Of a DNA stretch of 64,000 bases, positions 40,563 to 50,207 are shown piece by piece. Under the pieces are notes generated by a model. The model worked only from the letters and a program-made list of their open reading frames with translations. It made no database searches and was not told the origin of the DNA. The DNA is from an uncultured delta proteobacterium. Lineage in GTDB: Bacteria > Myxococcota_A > Polyangia > Fen-1088. Location: the NCBI GenBank assembly GCA_963755125.1, contig CAVWIP010000017.1:64001-128000 (forward strand), read 5' to 3'. Both the position numbers and the translations under genes were made by a program. The stretch's first letter is position 1, and every line of letters begins with the position of its first letter.

Positions 40563-43009
40563 ACCACGTCCTCCCCGGGGTCGGCAACAGGAGGCAACAC
40601 ATTCCCGCCAGTCTGCCGGTTCACGTCCCCCGCGTGCGCGAGATCGGGATCATAGGGGAAATCGGGGGGATATCTGTTGCTCGTGTTGCCGGTCATGGAG
40701 ATCCCTCTCCAGCCCCGGCATTTCTTGCCGTGCGTGTTGTGGGTCCAGCATTCGTCGACGCCGTGGCCGCGCAGTGCGTCCGCGAAATCTCGATCAGACA
40801 TGGGCCACCGCTCGCCCTGGACATGCGACCATCCGGTGTACGCCTGATAGATCGATTTTCGCGTGACGACGGTTCCAGGCTCCATCCGGCAGCACTCCTG
40901 CAGGAACGGACCCAAGCGGTCGGACTCCTCGCGGTAGGTAGCGGTGGCGTCCCTAACCTTGGCGCTGACGGACAGGCCGACGTGCTGCCAGGCGAGACAG
41001 CCCAGCACGGCCCAGGCGAGGATGCCGGGCAGCTCCGCGCGCAACTTGTCGACCAACTTGTGATCTTGCTGTTCTTCCGGGATGGGCCTCTCAAACGGCA
41101 CGAGATGGAGCCGCCTCCAGATTCCCTCATCTATCCCCTGCACTATCGGCTTGTGGTTTCCCGAAACCCACAGCTTATGCGTTGGGTCGAATTCCCAAAA
41201 GTCCTCCCTCATGCGCCTGGCCGAGATCCGATCCCCACCAGTGATGTGTTTGATCACTTCCTCCGCCCAGCGCTTTCCCGCAGGTGTCTCCTGGCAGACA
41301 GCCACTCGGCGACCAAATAGGGTCGTCAGTTCGGTCGGGTGCGCCTCGAACTCCTTCGCCAGCAACATCGAAGTCGGTGCCTGAGTCGCGTACTCACCCA
41401 GCAGGGCCAGGATCACCAGCAAGAACGCTGACTTTCCGTTTGCCCCTGACCCATGAAGAAAGAACAGGCAATGCTCCGACACGTCGCCTGTGAGGCTGTA
41501 GCCAATCGCCCGCTGGATGAAAGCGATAGTCTCCTCATCGGGCAGCACCTCAGTTAGAAACGTCTCCCACCGGGGGCAACGCGCCTCCGGGTCGTAGGCA
41601 ACGGGCAAAATGTGGGTGATGTAGTCGCTTCTGTCGTGAAGTTTCAGCCTGCCAGTTCGCAGGTCGAGGGTGCCATTCAGGACGTTGAGCAACATCCTGT
41701 CTCGATCGAGATCCTCGCGCTCTAGCCGGATCAGTGGTTCTGCCTTGACCAGCGCAACCATCGCCCTTCGTTTTGGTTCTTGCTCGGAGCGCAGCGCATG
41801 CTTTGCCAGGTCATCGCGTCGCTCCTCGCTATCGCAGGTGCTCGCTTCGACCAGAAAGGACCGCGCCACCGCTTTGGACCTTTCAAGGACTCGGACTGAA
41901 CCAGCGTCTTCCGCCCAGAACTTGCCATTCCAGACATGAAACTTGCCCCACTCGGGCACAAACCGGACATCGTCCCCAAACATCTCTACAAGTCGTTCGG
42001 CGTTCCCGCTGTCGGTTAGGGGCACTTTTCTCCAGGGCGGATTTCCCTCCGGCGTTGCCGCCCTCTCTATGCATGCCTTGACGGCGTCGACTCCGCGAGA
42101 CGCATGTAAATCATTGAAGTCCGTGTCATCCTCACAACGGCCGTCACCAAAATCGGGAAGAGCTAGCATTCCCCGCACGACCTGCGCCGCGTGGGTAGCT
42201 GCCGCCAGGCCGGGATTGCCATCCGTCCGATGGTCATCGTCAGAGCAGATGATGATCTTCGCCTTGGGGTGTCTTGTGCGATGTGCTTCGGCGACGGACA
42301 GCAGGTTGCCCCCGTCAAACGCCACGATGACATAGTGCCCGGTTGCTTCGTGGATGCTTGCGCCGGTCGCGTAGCCCTCGCAGATGCAGATCACCTCGTC
42401 GGTCAACTTGCCTATAGGGAACCAGCATCCCGCCTTCTTCCCGCCGGCCAGGAATCGCTTCTCGCCGTTGATGTCAATGAATTGGAGCGTGCTGATCTCA
42501 CCGTCACCACTGTACGCGGGGACGATTAGCTTGCTGTCGTAGTTCTGCCGCAGGCCATGGGATTTGACGCCCTTTCGGGTCAGGTAGGCGTGGAAGACCA
42601 CAGACGGTGCGCCGGAAAAGATGGAGGTCGCGAGCTTGCTCTTCTCGGCGTGAATTTGCTCCTGCTCGGCCGCATGCATCTTCTTCATCGCGTCGGCGCG
42701 GGCGAGGTACTTGGTGTGCTCTTCGGATGACAATTCCTTCAGATTCCGGCTGCACCAATACTCCCAGCCCTTTCCGTCTCGATGATTCTGGAATCCGCCC
42801 GCTGGGAGTCCGTCGAGATGCAGTACATAGGAACCGTCCTGCTTGTCTGGTTTGCCCTCTGTGCCGCATCGGTGGATCTGGCCGTCCGCTATCAGGCTGG
42901 CAGACGGTATCAGGTTGCGCCGGATCATAGCCCTGCGGAAGGCGTCCTTTACGGAGGCGACGGTCGCGTGGGTGCCGCCGGTATTGGAGGTATCGAACCC
43001 GTCGGTCAT
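40559..43009 (-). CDS. Toprim primase fused to a D5/P4-family SF3 helicase
   Basis: YLTRKGV, TLQFI..NGEKRF, ICEGYATG, SDDD, DFNDLH; LTDSGNAERL, HGSGANGKS, ITGGDRISAR, IWRRL. Confidence 0.93.
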   Translation of the reverse strand: MTDGFDTSNTGGTHATVASVKDAFRRAMIRRNLIPSASLIADGQIHRCGTEGKPDKQDGSYVLHLDGLPAGGFQNHRDGKGWEYWCSRNLKELSSEEHTKYLARADAMKKMHAAEQEQIHAEKSKLATSIFSGAPSVVFHAYLTRKGVKSHGLRQNYDSKLIVPAYSGDGEISTLQFIDINGEKRFLAGGKKAGCWFPIGKLTDEVICICEGYATGASIHEATGHYVIVAFDGGNLLSVAEAHRTRHPKAKIIICSDDDHRTDGNPGLAAATHAAQVVRGMLALPDFGDGRCEDDTDFNDLHASRGVDAVKACIERAATPEGNPPWRKVPLTDSGNAERLVEMFGDDVRFVPEWGKFHVWNGKFWAEDAGSVRVLERSKAVARSFLVEASTCDSEERRDDLAKHALRSEQEPKRRAMVALVKAEPLIRLEREDLDRDRMLLNVLNGTLDLRTGRLKLHDRSDYITHILPVAYDPEARCPRWETFLTEVLPDEETIAFIQRAIGYSLTGDVSEHCLFFLHGSGANGKSAFLLVILALLGEYATQAPTSMLLAKEFEAHPTELTTLFGRRVAVCQETPAGKRWAEEVIKHITGGDRISARRMREDFWEFDPTHKLWVSGNHKPIVQGIDEGIWRRLHLVPFERPIPEEQQDHKLVDKLRAELPGILAWAVLGCLAWQHVGLSVSAKVRDATATYREESDRLGPFLQECCRMEPGTVVTRKSIYQAYTGWSHVQGERWPMSDRDFADALRGHGVDECWTHNTHGKKCRGWRGISMTGNTSNRYPPDFPYDPDLAHAGDVNRQTGGNVLPPVADPGEDVV

Positions 43010-43163
43010 GATCGAACCCGCCGGACTTGGTGAGGATGACGATGTTGATGGTGATGGTAATCTTGGTGCATTTGCTGACCCATGAAGCTTGGTTAGCCCT
43101 CTGCCTTGAGCAGGGGGGCGGCGGTACCAGTTGCAAGCTGGTGCCGCTGGCTTGTCTCGCGCA

Positions 43164-43375
43164 CTACGCAGCGGTCTTAGACGGTCGCGCTGCGGCCACG
43201 CGCTCGGCGATCCGTTTTCGACGTCGCTGGCGCGCCAGCCGACCGCCCGTATGCCTAGGCGAACCTGGGCCGGGAACGTGCCCTCACGGATCATTTCGTA
43301 AATTGTCGACCTGGCTAGCCCAGTTCGGGCCTTCACGTTTGGAAGGCGCCAGATACATTGTGTTGTGGTGTCCAT
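43164..43375 (-). CDS. alpA: AlpA-family regulator/excisionase; one-base frameshift near 43214
   Basis: RLPNVKARTGLARSTIYEMIREGTFPAQVRLGIRAVGWRASDV; restoring one base gives ...IAERVAAARPSKTAA*. Confidence 0.85.
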
Positions 43376-43460
43376 CTTGTCCCTTGTGGGCCGGAAGTTC
43401 GTGGCCGCAAAAGGACTCTGGCAGATGCACACGGAGCAAGAGAAACAAACGACGAGGCGC

Positions 43461-43484
43461 CCCCATATGGGGCCTCATATGGGG
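43461..43484. promoter_or_regulatory. Tandem palindromic 12-mers upstream of alpA (candidate operator)
   Basis: CCCCATATGGGG directly followed by CCTCATATGGGG. Confidence 0.55.
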
Positions 43485-43501
43485 GATAATTGCGGCTCCG
43501 G

Positions 43502-44340
43502 TCACTGTGGCCCTCTTGGGGCCTCCAAGATGGTCCGCAATTCGGCTTCCGAAAAGTCCTTGGGCAGTCTCGCCGCCTCTTTGAGATAGTTGTCGACGGT
43601 GCTTCGGCCAACGTTATGTCCGCTCATCTTGACAACGCGCACGACCTGTCCCGCAAGCTCCAGGGGTTCCTCTCAGTGGACCAGTGTGCTCTCGTGATGC
43701 CCAGAATGATCTTCAGCATGCAATTCCGGGTGTCGGACTTGAGCGGCTTTTCTTCGATAGGAGGCTTCGGGGCTCCTGCCGATGCCGGACCCTCGGGCTT
43801 CTCTTGGGGAGCAGGCTTCGTGGCACGGGTGAACGCCGATTCGTCTGACTTATCACCCGGCAATGCGAGTCCCTGCGGCTTGGTGGCGGTGGCTTGCTGT
43901 GCGAGTTGCCGAAACTGATCCGGCAGTTCTTTCCATATAGATGATCTTGCAGCCAGCCCCACAGCCCATTTGGCGACCTCAACCAGATAGACAGAAATCA
44001 CACCAGTTGGGTAGGGCTTCGCACGGAAGCCGCCCTTTCTAACCCGAACATTTCTTTCGGCGATCCTGAGCCGTTCATCGAATTGATCGAGATTGGGCCA
44101 GCCAAAGCCGCCGGGATTGCTAACTACACCGGGGTCGATTCCACAAGACAGGGCAATCACCTCGTGCAGGTAGACTCTCGGAAGACATTTCCAGTAGTCC
44201 CAGTTTATCTGGGGTAGTGATGGGGAGGCGAAACGAGTTGAGCGTCTTGTTGCGAGTCGTCTGGCCTTGCCCCTGTTGGCTGATGTCTTTGCTGTCTGTT
44301 GCTTTTGGCCATGGCTTTGCCTTTCGTTGGCGCTACCCAA
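43502..44340 (-). CDS. Hypothetical protein with C-terminal HTH-like segment; one-base frameshift near 43672
   Basis: 238-aa ORF overlapping the integrase stop; the shifted frame continues ...MSGHNVGRSTVDNYLKEAARL...GPQ*. Confidence 0.6.
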
Positions 44341-45556
44341 TCGGGGTGACGGCGTTTGCCCGTAGCGGGATCACAGTGACGTCGGCCTTCAACTTGTCGA
44401 GGTAGTCGGCCCAGACTTGCATCATCTTGCGACGTTGATCCAGGAAGGCCGTGCGGTTGTAGGCGCGGCCGTTGGTGTCGGGCACGGCGTGGGCTAGCTG
44501 CTGTTCGATGATGTGACCGTGGAAGCCCAGCTCTTCCTCAAGAAGCGTTCGCGCGGTGGCGCGGAAGCCGTGCGCGCTCGTCACCTCCGTGGTGATGCCC
44601 ATGCTCCGCATGGCCGCGAGGATGGCGTTGTCGGACATGGGCCGACCGCCGCCACGCTCACATGGAAAGACATAGCGACCATTGCCCGTCAGCGGTTGCA
44701 GGTCGCGGAGAATGGCCAGCGCTTGCGCCGCCAGGGGAACGATGTGCGGTGTCTTGGTTTTGCCGGTGGTGTAGCGCCAGTCCGAGGTGTCCCAGTGGAT
44801 GCAGCTCCATTCGGCCGTGCGCAATTCTTTCGGACGGACGAACACGAGCGGCGCGAACCGGAGGGCGGCCATCACGACTGCGGTGCCCTGGTAGGCGTCC
44901 AGCTTGCGCAACAACTCACCGAGCAGCTTGGGTTCGGTCACGGCAGCGAAGTGCCCCCCGGTCGCTGGGGGCAAGGCGCCTCTGAGGTCGGCAGACGGAT
45001 CGCGCTGGGCGCGGCCAGTGGCGATGGCGTACCGGAACACCTGACCGCAGTTGCTGCGTGCCCGGTGGGCCGTGTCCAGTGCCTCCCTGTTCTCGATCCG
45101 TCGGAGCATGGCAAGCAGATCGGGCGCGGGCACGTCGGCGACAGGTCTTCCGCCAATCCAGGGGAAGATGTCCCTCTCGAACAGCCGCAGGACGCGCGTG
45201 GCGTGGTCCGGTGCCCAGCCGGGCGAGTGCTTGGCGAACCACTCGCGGGTCACTACCTCGAAGCTGTTCGCGGCGCGGTCCATCTGCGCGGCCTTTGCGG
45301 CCTTGCGGTTCTCGGCGGGGTCCACGTCCGAGGAAACCAGCTTGCGAGCATCATCCCGGCGCTGGCGTGCATCCTTGAGGCTCACCTCGGGGTAGGTGCC
45401 CAGCGAAAGACGCTTCTCCTTGCCGGCTAAGCGGTATTTGAAGCGCCACCATTTGCCGCCCTTGGGGGAAACTTCGAGGTACAACCCCTTCTCATCGAAC
45501 CTCCTGTAGGTGCGCGCCTGGGCCTTGAAACCTCGGATGCCCGTGTCGGTAAGCAT
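44333..45556 (-). CDS. int: P4-family tyrosine integrase with arm-binding domain
   Basis: MLTDT..GLYLEV...WRFKYR..GKEK.LSLGTYPEVSL; VRPKELR, HGFRATART, QLAH, RAYNR. Confidence 0.96.
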   Translation of the reverse strand: MLTDTGIRGFKAQARTYRRFDEKGLYLEVSPKGGKWWRFKYRLAGKEKRLSLGTYPEVSLKDARQRRDDARKLVSSDVDPAENRKAAKAAQMDRAANSFEVVTREWFAKHSPGWAPDHATRVLRLFERDIFPWIGGRPVADVPAPDLLAMLRRIENREALDTAHRARSNCGQVFRYAIATGRAQRDPSADLRGALPPATGGHFAAVTEPKLLGELLRKLDAYQGTAVVMAALRFAPLVFVRPKELRTAEWSCIHWDTSDWRYTTGKTKTPHIVPLAAQALAILRDLQPLTGNGRYVFPCERGGGRPMSDNAILAAMRSMGITTEVTSAHGFRATARTLLEEELGFHGHIIEQQLAHAVPDTNGRAYNRTAFLDQRRKMMQVWADYLDKLKADVTVIPLRANAVTPIG

Positions 45557-45557
45557 T

Positions 45558-45608
45558 TTGGGGCAACTCCTTTTGGAAATCCTCAGTTGCCCCTTAGGTT
45601 GCCCCCAG
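45558..45608. repeat. Integrase arm-type sites
   Basis: TTGGGGCAACT (inverted), AGTTGCCCCTTA and GGTTGCCCCCAG. Confidence 0.7.
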
Positions 45609-45723
45609 CTAGTCCTGGCTGTCAAGGGACGGCCCTGGACTTTCATGGATAGGAAATCAGCCTAGTTTCCTGACATCACAAGGTCTTCTGAACTTCCTTG
45701 GACATCGACGGACTCACGTTTCG

Positions 45724-45795
45724 TAGGCGGGACAGGGATTGAACCTGCGACCCGGCGCGTGTAAGGCGCCTGCTCTGCCACTGAGCTACCCGCCT
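45724..45795 (-). tRNA. tRNA-Val(TAC), CCA not encoded
   Basis: AGGCGGG/CCCGCCT acceptor stem, GCTC/GAGC D-stem, GGCGC-CT-TAC-AC-GCGCC anticodon arm, GGTTCAATCC T-loop. Confidence 0.96.
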
Positions 45796-45824
45796 GAAGT
45801 GGGGACAGTCTATACGGAGCCCGG

Positions 45825-46607
45825 TCAGAAGGTAAGTCGAAGCCCGCCGCCGCCAGGAAAAATCATCAGGGTCAGCGAGTTGCTGGTTTCCTCGATGGGC
45901 TGGTAGTAGTGGACGATGCCATCGATGACTCCGTAGAGGTAGGTGGCGGCGAGGACACCTGCACTGGTCCATTCCACGACCCGCAACACGCGTTCATCGC
46001 TGTCGTGCGATCCATTCTTCCCGTAGGTGTTGTCGGGATTGTGCCAGGAGTAGCTGATCAGCCGGCTGCAGACCACGGTGGCGAGCGTCGCGAACTCGAC
46101 GCCCCCGACGATCCAGCCCTTGACCGTGTCGCCGTTCTGAAACTGGCCCACCGGCGGCAAGAGATTCCAGATGAAGGTGCGGCTCGCCCGTTCCCGAGTC
46201 ATGTGCTGGTGCCGGATGTTCTCGAAGAAAGACACGACCTCGGGCCGCGTCGTGGTGGGGTCCAGGCGCGCGGCGGGATCCACGCGCAGCAACTCTGCAA
46301 AGGCATTCTCGGCGCCTAGCGCCCGATTGGTCAGGAACAGTCCGATGCCAAGAAAGCGCAAAGCTCGCGCGCGTTGCTCGACGCTGCAGGGAAGTGTACC
46401 TTCCGCCACGGGCCGGGCGGCGTCCACGACTTGGACCATGTCGCCGTACGCGTAGGCGGCCTCGGCACGCACCAGGGCGGCAAAGGCGTTGTTGGGAGCC
46501 CCGTCGTGCTCGCGGGCAGGGGTGGCCGACTCGTCGGCGCGGGCCACCGACGCGGCCCAGACAACCAGCAACACCGCTATGGGTGTGAAGAGACGCTCTG
46601 CCATCAT
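45825..46607 (-). CDS. Secreted TPR-like protein
   Basis: Signal peptide ending ARA, helical TPR-like region, PPVGQFQNG followed by hydrophobic segments. Confidence 0.75.
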   Translation of the reverse strand: MMAERLFTPIAVLLVVWAASVARADESATPAREHDGAPNNAFAALVRAEAAYAYGDMVQVVDAARPVAEGTLPCSVEQRARALRFLGIGLFLTNRALGAENAFAELLRVDPAARLDPTTTRPEVVSFFENIRHQHMTRERASRTFIWNLLPPVGQFQNGDTVKGWIVGGVEFATLATVVCSRLISYSWHNPDNTYGKNGSHDSDERVLRVVEWTSAGVLAATYLYGVIDGIVHYYQPIEETSNSLTLMIFPGGGGLRLTF

Positions 46608-48931
46608 GGGAGGGCCACGTCTCCGCCCGCAGGATCGAGGAGATAGAAGCTGTAGCTTCCGTCGGGCAGGGTGGCGAATTCCACCAGGGGTGGGGGCAAG
46701 GTCGCGCTGGGATTGCTCGGATCCACGCAGTCCGCGATACCGGACTCCTCGCAATAGGCCTGTACGATCGCGCCGGCAACCGGAAGCCCGCTGAAACTGA
46801 CAATTCCACTCACACTCAGCCCAGTAGGCAGGGTGCGGTCGGCCAGCGTGGTGTCCTGGTTGGTGGTGGTGACTCCGTAGAGCGGAATGCGGGTGGGCAA
46901 ACTGTTCCCCGCAGCGGGTTCCACTGAAAAGCGATAGGTTCTGCCGGGGTCGGCGAGGAATTGGTAGCTGCCGTCACTCTGCACCGGGGTCGAGATGACA
47001 CTGACGAGCACATCGGTGCCGGTGTCGGTCGCTATCAACTGGGCTCCACTTGCCACATTGGCCGGGAGAAGACGGCCGCTCAGCTTGACCTTTTGTCCCA
47101 GGATCAAGGTGCGTGTGCTGCTGGCCGTCGCACTGGAAAGATCGATGGTTGCGCTGGTGATAGCGGCGCCAGCTAGGTCGCTCGGCGGTATGAGGGTCAG
47201 GCGGTAGGCGACATTAGGAATGTTGGCGAACGCGATCGAGCCGTTCGCGTCGGTCGTGCCGTCCAACCGCACGCTGCCCGAGCCCGTTCCGGCCGACGCA
47301 CCCGCCACGGTGAGTATGCCCGGGTTCGGCAGAGCCCCGTCCTGCGACTGCAAACGCACGGTAATGCTTTCCGACAGAGGGCTGTTATCGTTCATTAGAA
47401 TCTGAAGGGTCATGGTTGTGGTGCTGACTGTGTTCCAGGTGAAATTGACCTGATCGAGGGTAGTTCCGTTCGTGGCGGTTCGCAGATCGATGCAATCGGC
47501 GATGGTGACCTGGGGCAACGAAGAGCCAGATGGGGGGACCACAACAGCCGAGAACAGCGAACCTGCGCTGGCGCGCAGCGAATAGGCGCCGGTGGAATCG
47601 GCGCCGCCCACCGTGGAAGGCAAGGGAAGTGTCACGGGAGCGGTGGCATCAGCGTCCAGAAGGAGACGCGCACCTGCGACGGGACCGCCAGGACCGGTCA
47701 GGGTGCCTTGCAGGGTCACACCCGCAGCCACGTCGAAGTCGTCGGGGCGGAATTCTTGCGCCAGCTCCGACGCGACCAGGAACGGGGGAAACACAGTGCC
47801 CGAAGCATCGGCCTGGGGAACGACCAGAACATCGTAAATGAGCTGAGGATTAAGCATGGCAAGGAGGGGTTGGTCGCTGGTGCTCGCGCCATCGATGGTC
47901 CAGGTTGAGCCATGCGGGGAGACGCGAATGTAGGAAGGGACAGCGACGGCAGGGAACACCGTCGCATCGGGCTGCGCAGTCTCCGCGGGATCGATGGACA
48001 CCGCGTACCCTCGCAGCAACTGGACATTGCCCTGGCGGGGTTGACCAGCCTGAAGCATGAAGTTGGCGTCCTCATAGGGCACGGCATCCTGGGAAGGGCA
48101 CCAGCGATCCGACCCGGTGTCGCAGGTCTGGCCAGAATTAGCCGAGGCAGCGGGCGGCGGCAGGATGCGGATGAAGAAGGCCTGCGACCGTTCCTGCGGC
48201 TTGACCGCGGTGGCCGAAGCTTGGCCCTTGCAAACAGGAGTGGCGGATACGCTGATGCTGTAGCCGCCGGGAGCGAGAAGTGGAAACTGGACGATCGCCA
48301 TGGTTTGGTCGGTGGTGGGAACGTTGGTTATCGCCAAAGGCGTGCCGTCGGGCCCCTTGACTGTCCATTGCCAGTTCGGCAGCGTCGGCGTCGACGATCC
48401 CCACGCGATGGTGCCCTTCACGGCCAGGGTGGCCGTGTCACCAGGCACCAGATTGAGAAAGCTGGGCGTGGACCAAGGCACGATGTTCACCGTGCAGGGC
48501 ACGAAGGCGTCGGGGGACATTCTGGATGCGTCGGAGGCAGTCCCCGCATCCGCGTTGCCCGGGCTTCCGCCGAAGCCGGTGGCGCCGCCGGACGCGGTCC
48601 CACTGGAGGTCGGCGTGCTCAGGGCGCCGCCCGTCGCCGTTATGCCGCCGGTGGCCGGCATACCGCCCGCGGCCATCGTGCCGCCAGTGGCAGTTTCGCC
48701 GCCGCCGGGCAACGCGGTGCCGCCTGTGGCTATGGGTGGAGCGCCCGTGCCTGCCTCCGGGCCGCCACTACTGGCGGTAGCGGTGCTCTCTCCCGACGCT
48801 CCGCCATATCCGCTTGTCGAGGCGTCGCGGGCAGTGCCTGCCGGGGCACTCTCAACTGTCGAATTGCTGCACCCACCTAGAGCCAGAACGATCCAGGCGC
48901 GTAGCGGGACCATGGACCGGAGACGACTCAT
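46604..48931 (-). CDS. Large beta-rich lipoprotein (carboxypeptidase-regulatory-like repeats)
   Basis: Lipobox LGGC, ATGG linker, repeated G....PVAGA....G.Y modules. Confidence 0.75.
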   Translation of the reverse strand: MSRLRSMVPLRAWIVLALGGCSNSTVESAPAGTARDASTSGYGGASGESTATASSGGPEAGTGAPPIATGGTALPGGGETATGGTMAAGGMPATGGITATGGALSTPTSSGTASGGATGFGGSPGNADAGTASDASRMSPDAFVPCTVNIVPWSTPSFLNLVPGDTATLAVKGTIAWGSSTPTLPNWQWTVKGPDGTPLAITNVPTTDQTMAIVQFPLLAPGGYSISVSATPVCKGQASATAVKPQERSQAFFIRILPPPAASANSGQTCDTGSDRWCPSQDAVPYEDANFMLQAGQPRQGNVQLLRGYAVSIDPAETAQPDATVFPAVAVPSYIRVSPHGSTWTIDGASTSDQPLLAMLNPQLIYDVLVVPQADASGTVFPPFLVASELAQEFRPDDFDVAAGVTLQGTLTGPGGPVAGARLLLDADATAPVTLPLPSTVGGADSTGAYSLRASAGSLFSAVVVPPSGSSLPQVTIADCIDLRTATNGTTLDQVNFTWNTVSTTTMTLQILMNDNSPLSESITVRLQSQDGALPNPGILTVAGASAGTGSGSVRLDGTTDANGSIAFANIPNVAYRLTLIPPSDLAGAAITSATIDLSSATASSTRTLILGQKVKLSGRLLPANVASGAQLIATDTGTDVLVSVISTPVQSDGSYQFLADPGRTYRFSVEPAAGNSLPTRIPLYGVTTTNQDTTLADRTLPTGLSVSGIVSFSGLPVAGAIVQAYCEESGIADCVDPSNPSATLPPPLVEFATLPDGSYSFYLLDPAGGDVALP

Positions 48932-50022
48932 AGGAATTGCACCGTCCATGTCACCCACTGGGCACAGCCAGGGACCAGTTCGCAGAGTTCGGCATTCGGG
49001 TCGCACGAGCTGAAACTGCGGCTGACGCGGTCCTGGTACTCGACCCGGACCTGGACGACATCGCCGGTCGAGAACGCGCCTGGGCCGAAGTCCAGTTGGT
49101 TCGAGCTGTAGGGGTTCGACAGGCGTGCGAATACGCCGCTCGTGTCCATCCGGTACCACCAGATGAAAGTCCCCAGGTTCGATCCGGGGTAGGGATCCTG
49201 GTCGTCGTCCACCCTGGTGACGGCAAACGTCGTGTCCTGATCCGCAAAGCCGATGGTTTGCAGTGAGGTTGGTGTGAATCCCACGATGCAGGGAGGTTGA
49301 TCCTGTGCGATCACGACGTCAACGGAGGCCGAGTTGGACATGCCGCTTGCGTCCGTGGCGGTCAACTGGACGTGGTAGTCGCCGGGCATTGTGGCCGTGA
49401 ACGAGCAGATGGATGGTGTCCGCGCCGACGGGCAGGTATTGACGGAGAGGGTGGTCCCATCCGGCTGGGTGACCGTCCACAAAAAAGTCAACGTGTTCTG
49501 GTCGCCGGGGTCGGGGTCGGTGGACCCGGCTGCGGAGAAGGCAAGGTTGCTGGCCAGAGGCAGGGTGGCGCCGGTGGCGGTTGCTGCGGGGCTGGTTTCT
49601 TCGATGACGGCAGTGGGTGCCCGGTCTTGCACATCAAACGCGCGTCGAGCCTCGGCTGTGGCGCCATAGCGGTCCTTCACCTGCACGACGACGCAGACCG
49701 GGCCAAGCACTTGGGGGGTGTAGGAACACTGGTCATTGCTCTGTTGGCTGCTGCAACTTCCCAGTGAACTGGTAGCTGCCGTGGCACAGTCTGCATCCGC
49801 ACCCACGGAACCCACGTACCAGGTGACATTGAGCGAGTCGCTGCTTTGGTCGGGGTCGTGGATTGTCGCTGTGAAGGTTGCGTTGCTACGGTAGAGCGGC
49901 TGGGCGAGGTCGTCGATTTGGACGGTCGGCGGCATGTTGATGGGACCCGTGTCGAGAAGGCAGTTCGTCGAGCCGCCTGCCAGGATGGTCACCAAGAAGA
50001 GCCTAGTCCTGAGCCTAGCCAC
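48928..50022 (-). CDS. PKD/Ig-like domain (lipo)protein
   Basis: STDPDPGD..LTFLW...PGDYHVQLTATDASG. Confidence 0.75.
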   Translation of the reverse strand: MARLRTRLFLVTILAGGSTNCLLDTGPINMPPTVQIDDLAQPLYRSNATFTATIHDPDQSSDSLNVTWYVGSVGADADCATAATSSLGSCSSQQSNDQCSYTPQVLGPVCVVVQVKDRYGATAEARRAFDVQDRAPTAVIEETSPAATATGATLPLASNLAFSAAGSTDPDPGDQNTLTFLWTVTQPDGTTLSVNTCPSARTPSICSFTATMPGDYHVQLTATDASGMSNSASVDVVIAQDQPPCIVGFTPTSLQTIGFADQDTTFAVTRVDDDQDPYPGSNLGTFIWWYRMDTSGVFARLSNPYSSNQLDFGPGAFSTGDVVQVRVEYQDRVSRSFSSCDPNAELCELVPGCAQWVTWTVQFL

Positions 50023-50207
50023 GGCCCGACGCTATCACAATCTGGGCGTCTGCAACGAACGGGCCAATGCGCCCGGCTAGTAGTGGCGCGCCTGTTGCGC
50101 CGAGAAGTCAGTCTTTTGTGAGGGAAGCCGGATCCATCTGTCGCGGTTCCGGCATCTCTGACTCCGACGTGCTGACGCGTCGTTGGGTGCGGCAACCGCG
50201 CGTTGGG

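Larger units (their letters stand above)
23827..45741. mobile_element. ~21.9 kb integrative, phage-satellite-like island in tRNA-Val(TAC)
   Basis: Flanking tRNA-end direct repeats, arm sites at both ends, integrase-AlpA-primase core and defence cargo; no capsid, terminase or conjugation genes recognised. Confidence 0.88.

Noticed and set aside
43030..43062. (GAT/GGT)n-like run between alpA and the primase as origin iterons
   Set aside because: Short degenerate trinucleotide tract with no supporting structure.
40559..43432. 957-aa ORF suggesting a natural AlpA-primase fusion
   Set aside because: One missing base near 43214 removes the AlpA stop; the linker is low-complexity read-through of intergenic DNA.
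45721..45724. tRNA-Val lacking encoded CCA as a sign of damage by integration
   Set aside because: Neither att copy has CCA either, and many bacteria add CCA post-transcriptionally.
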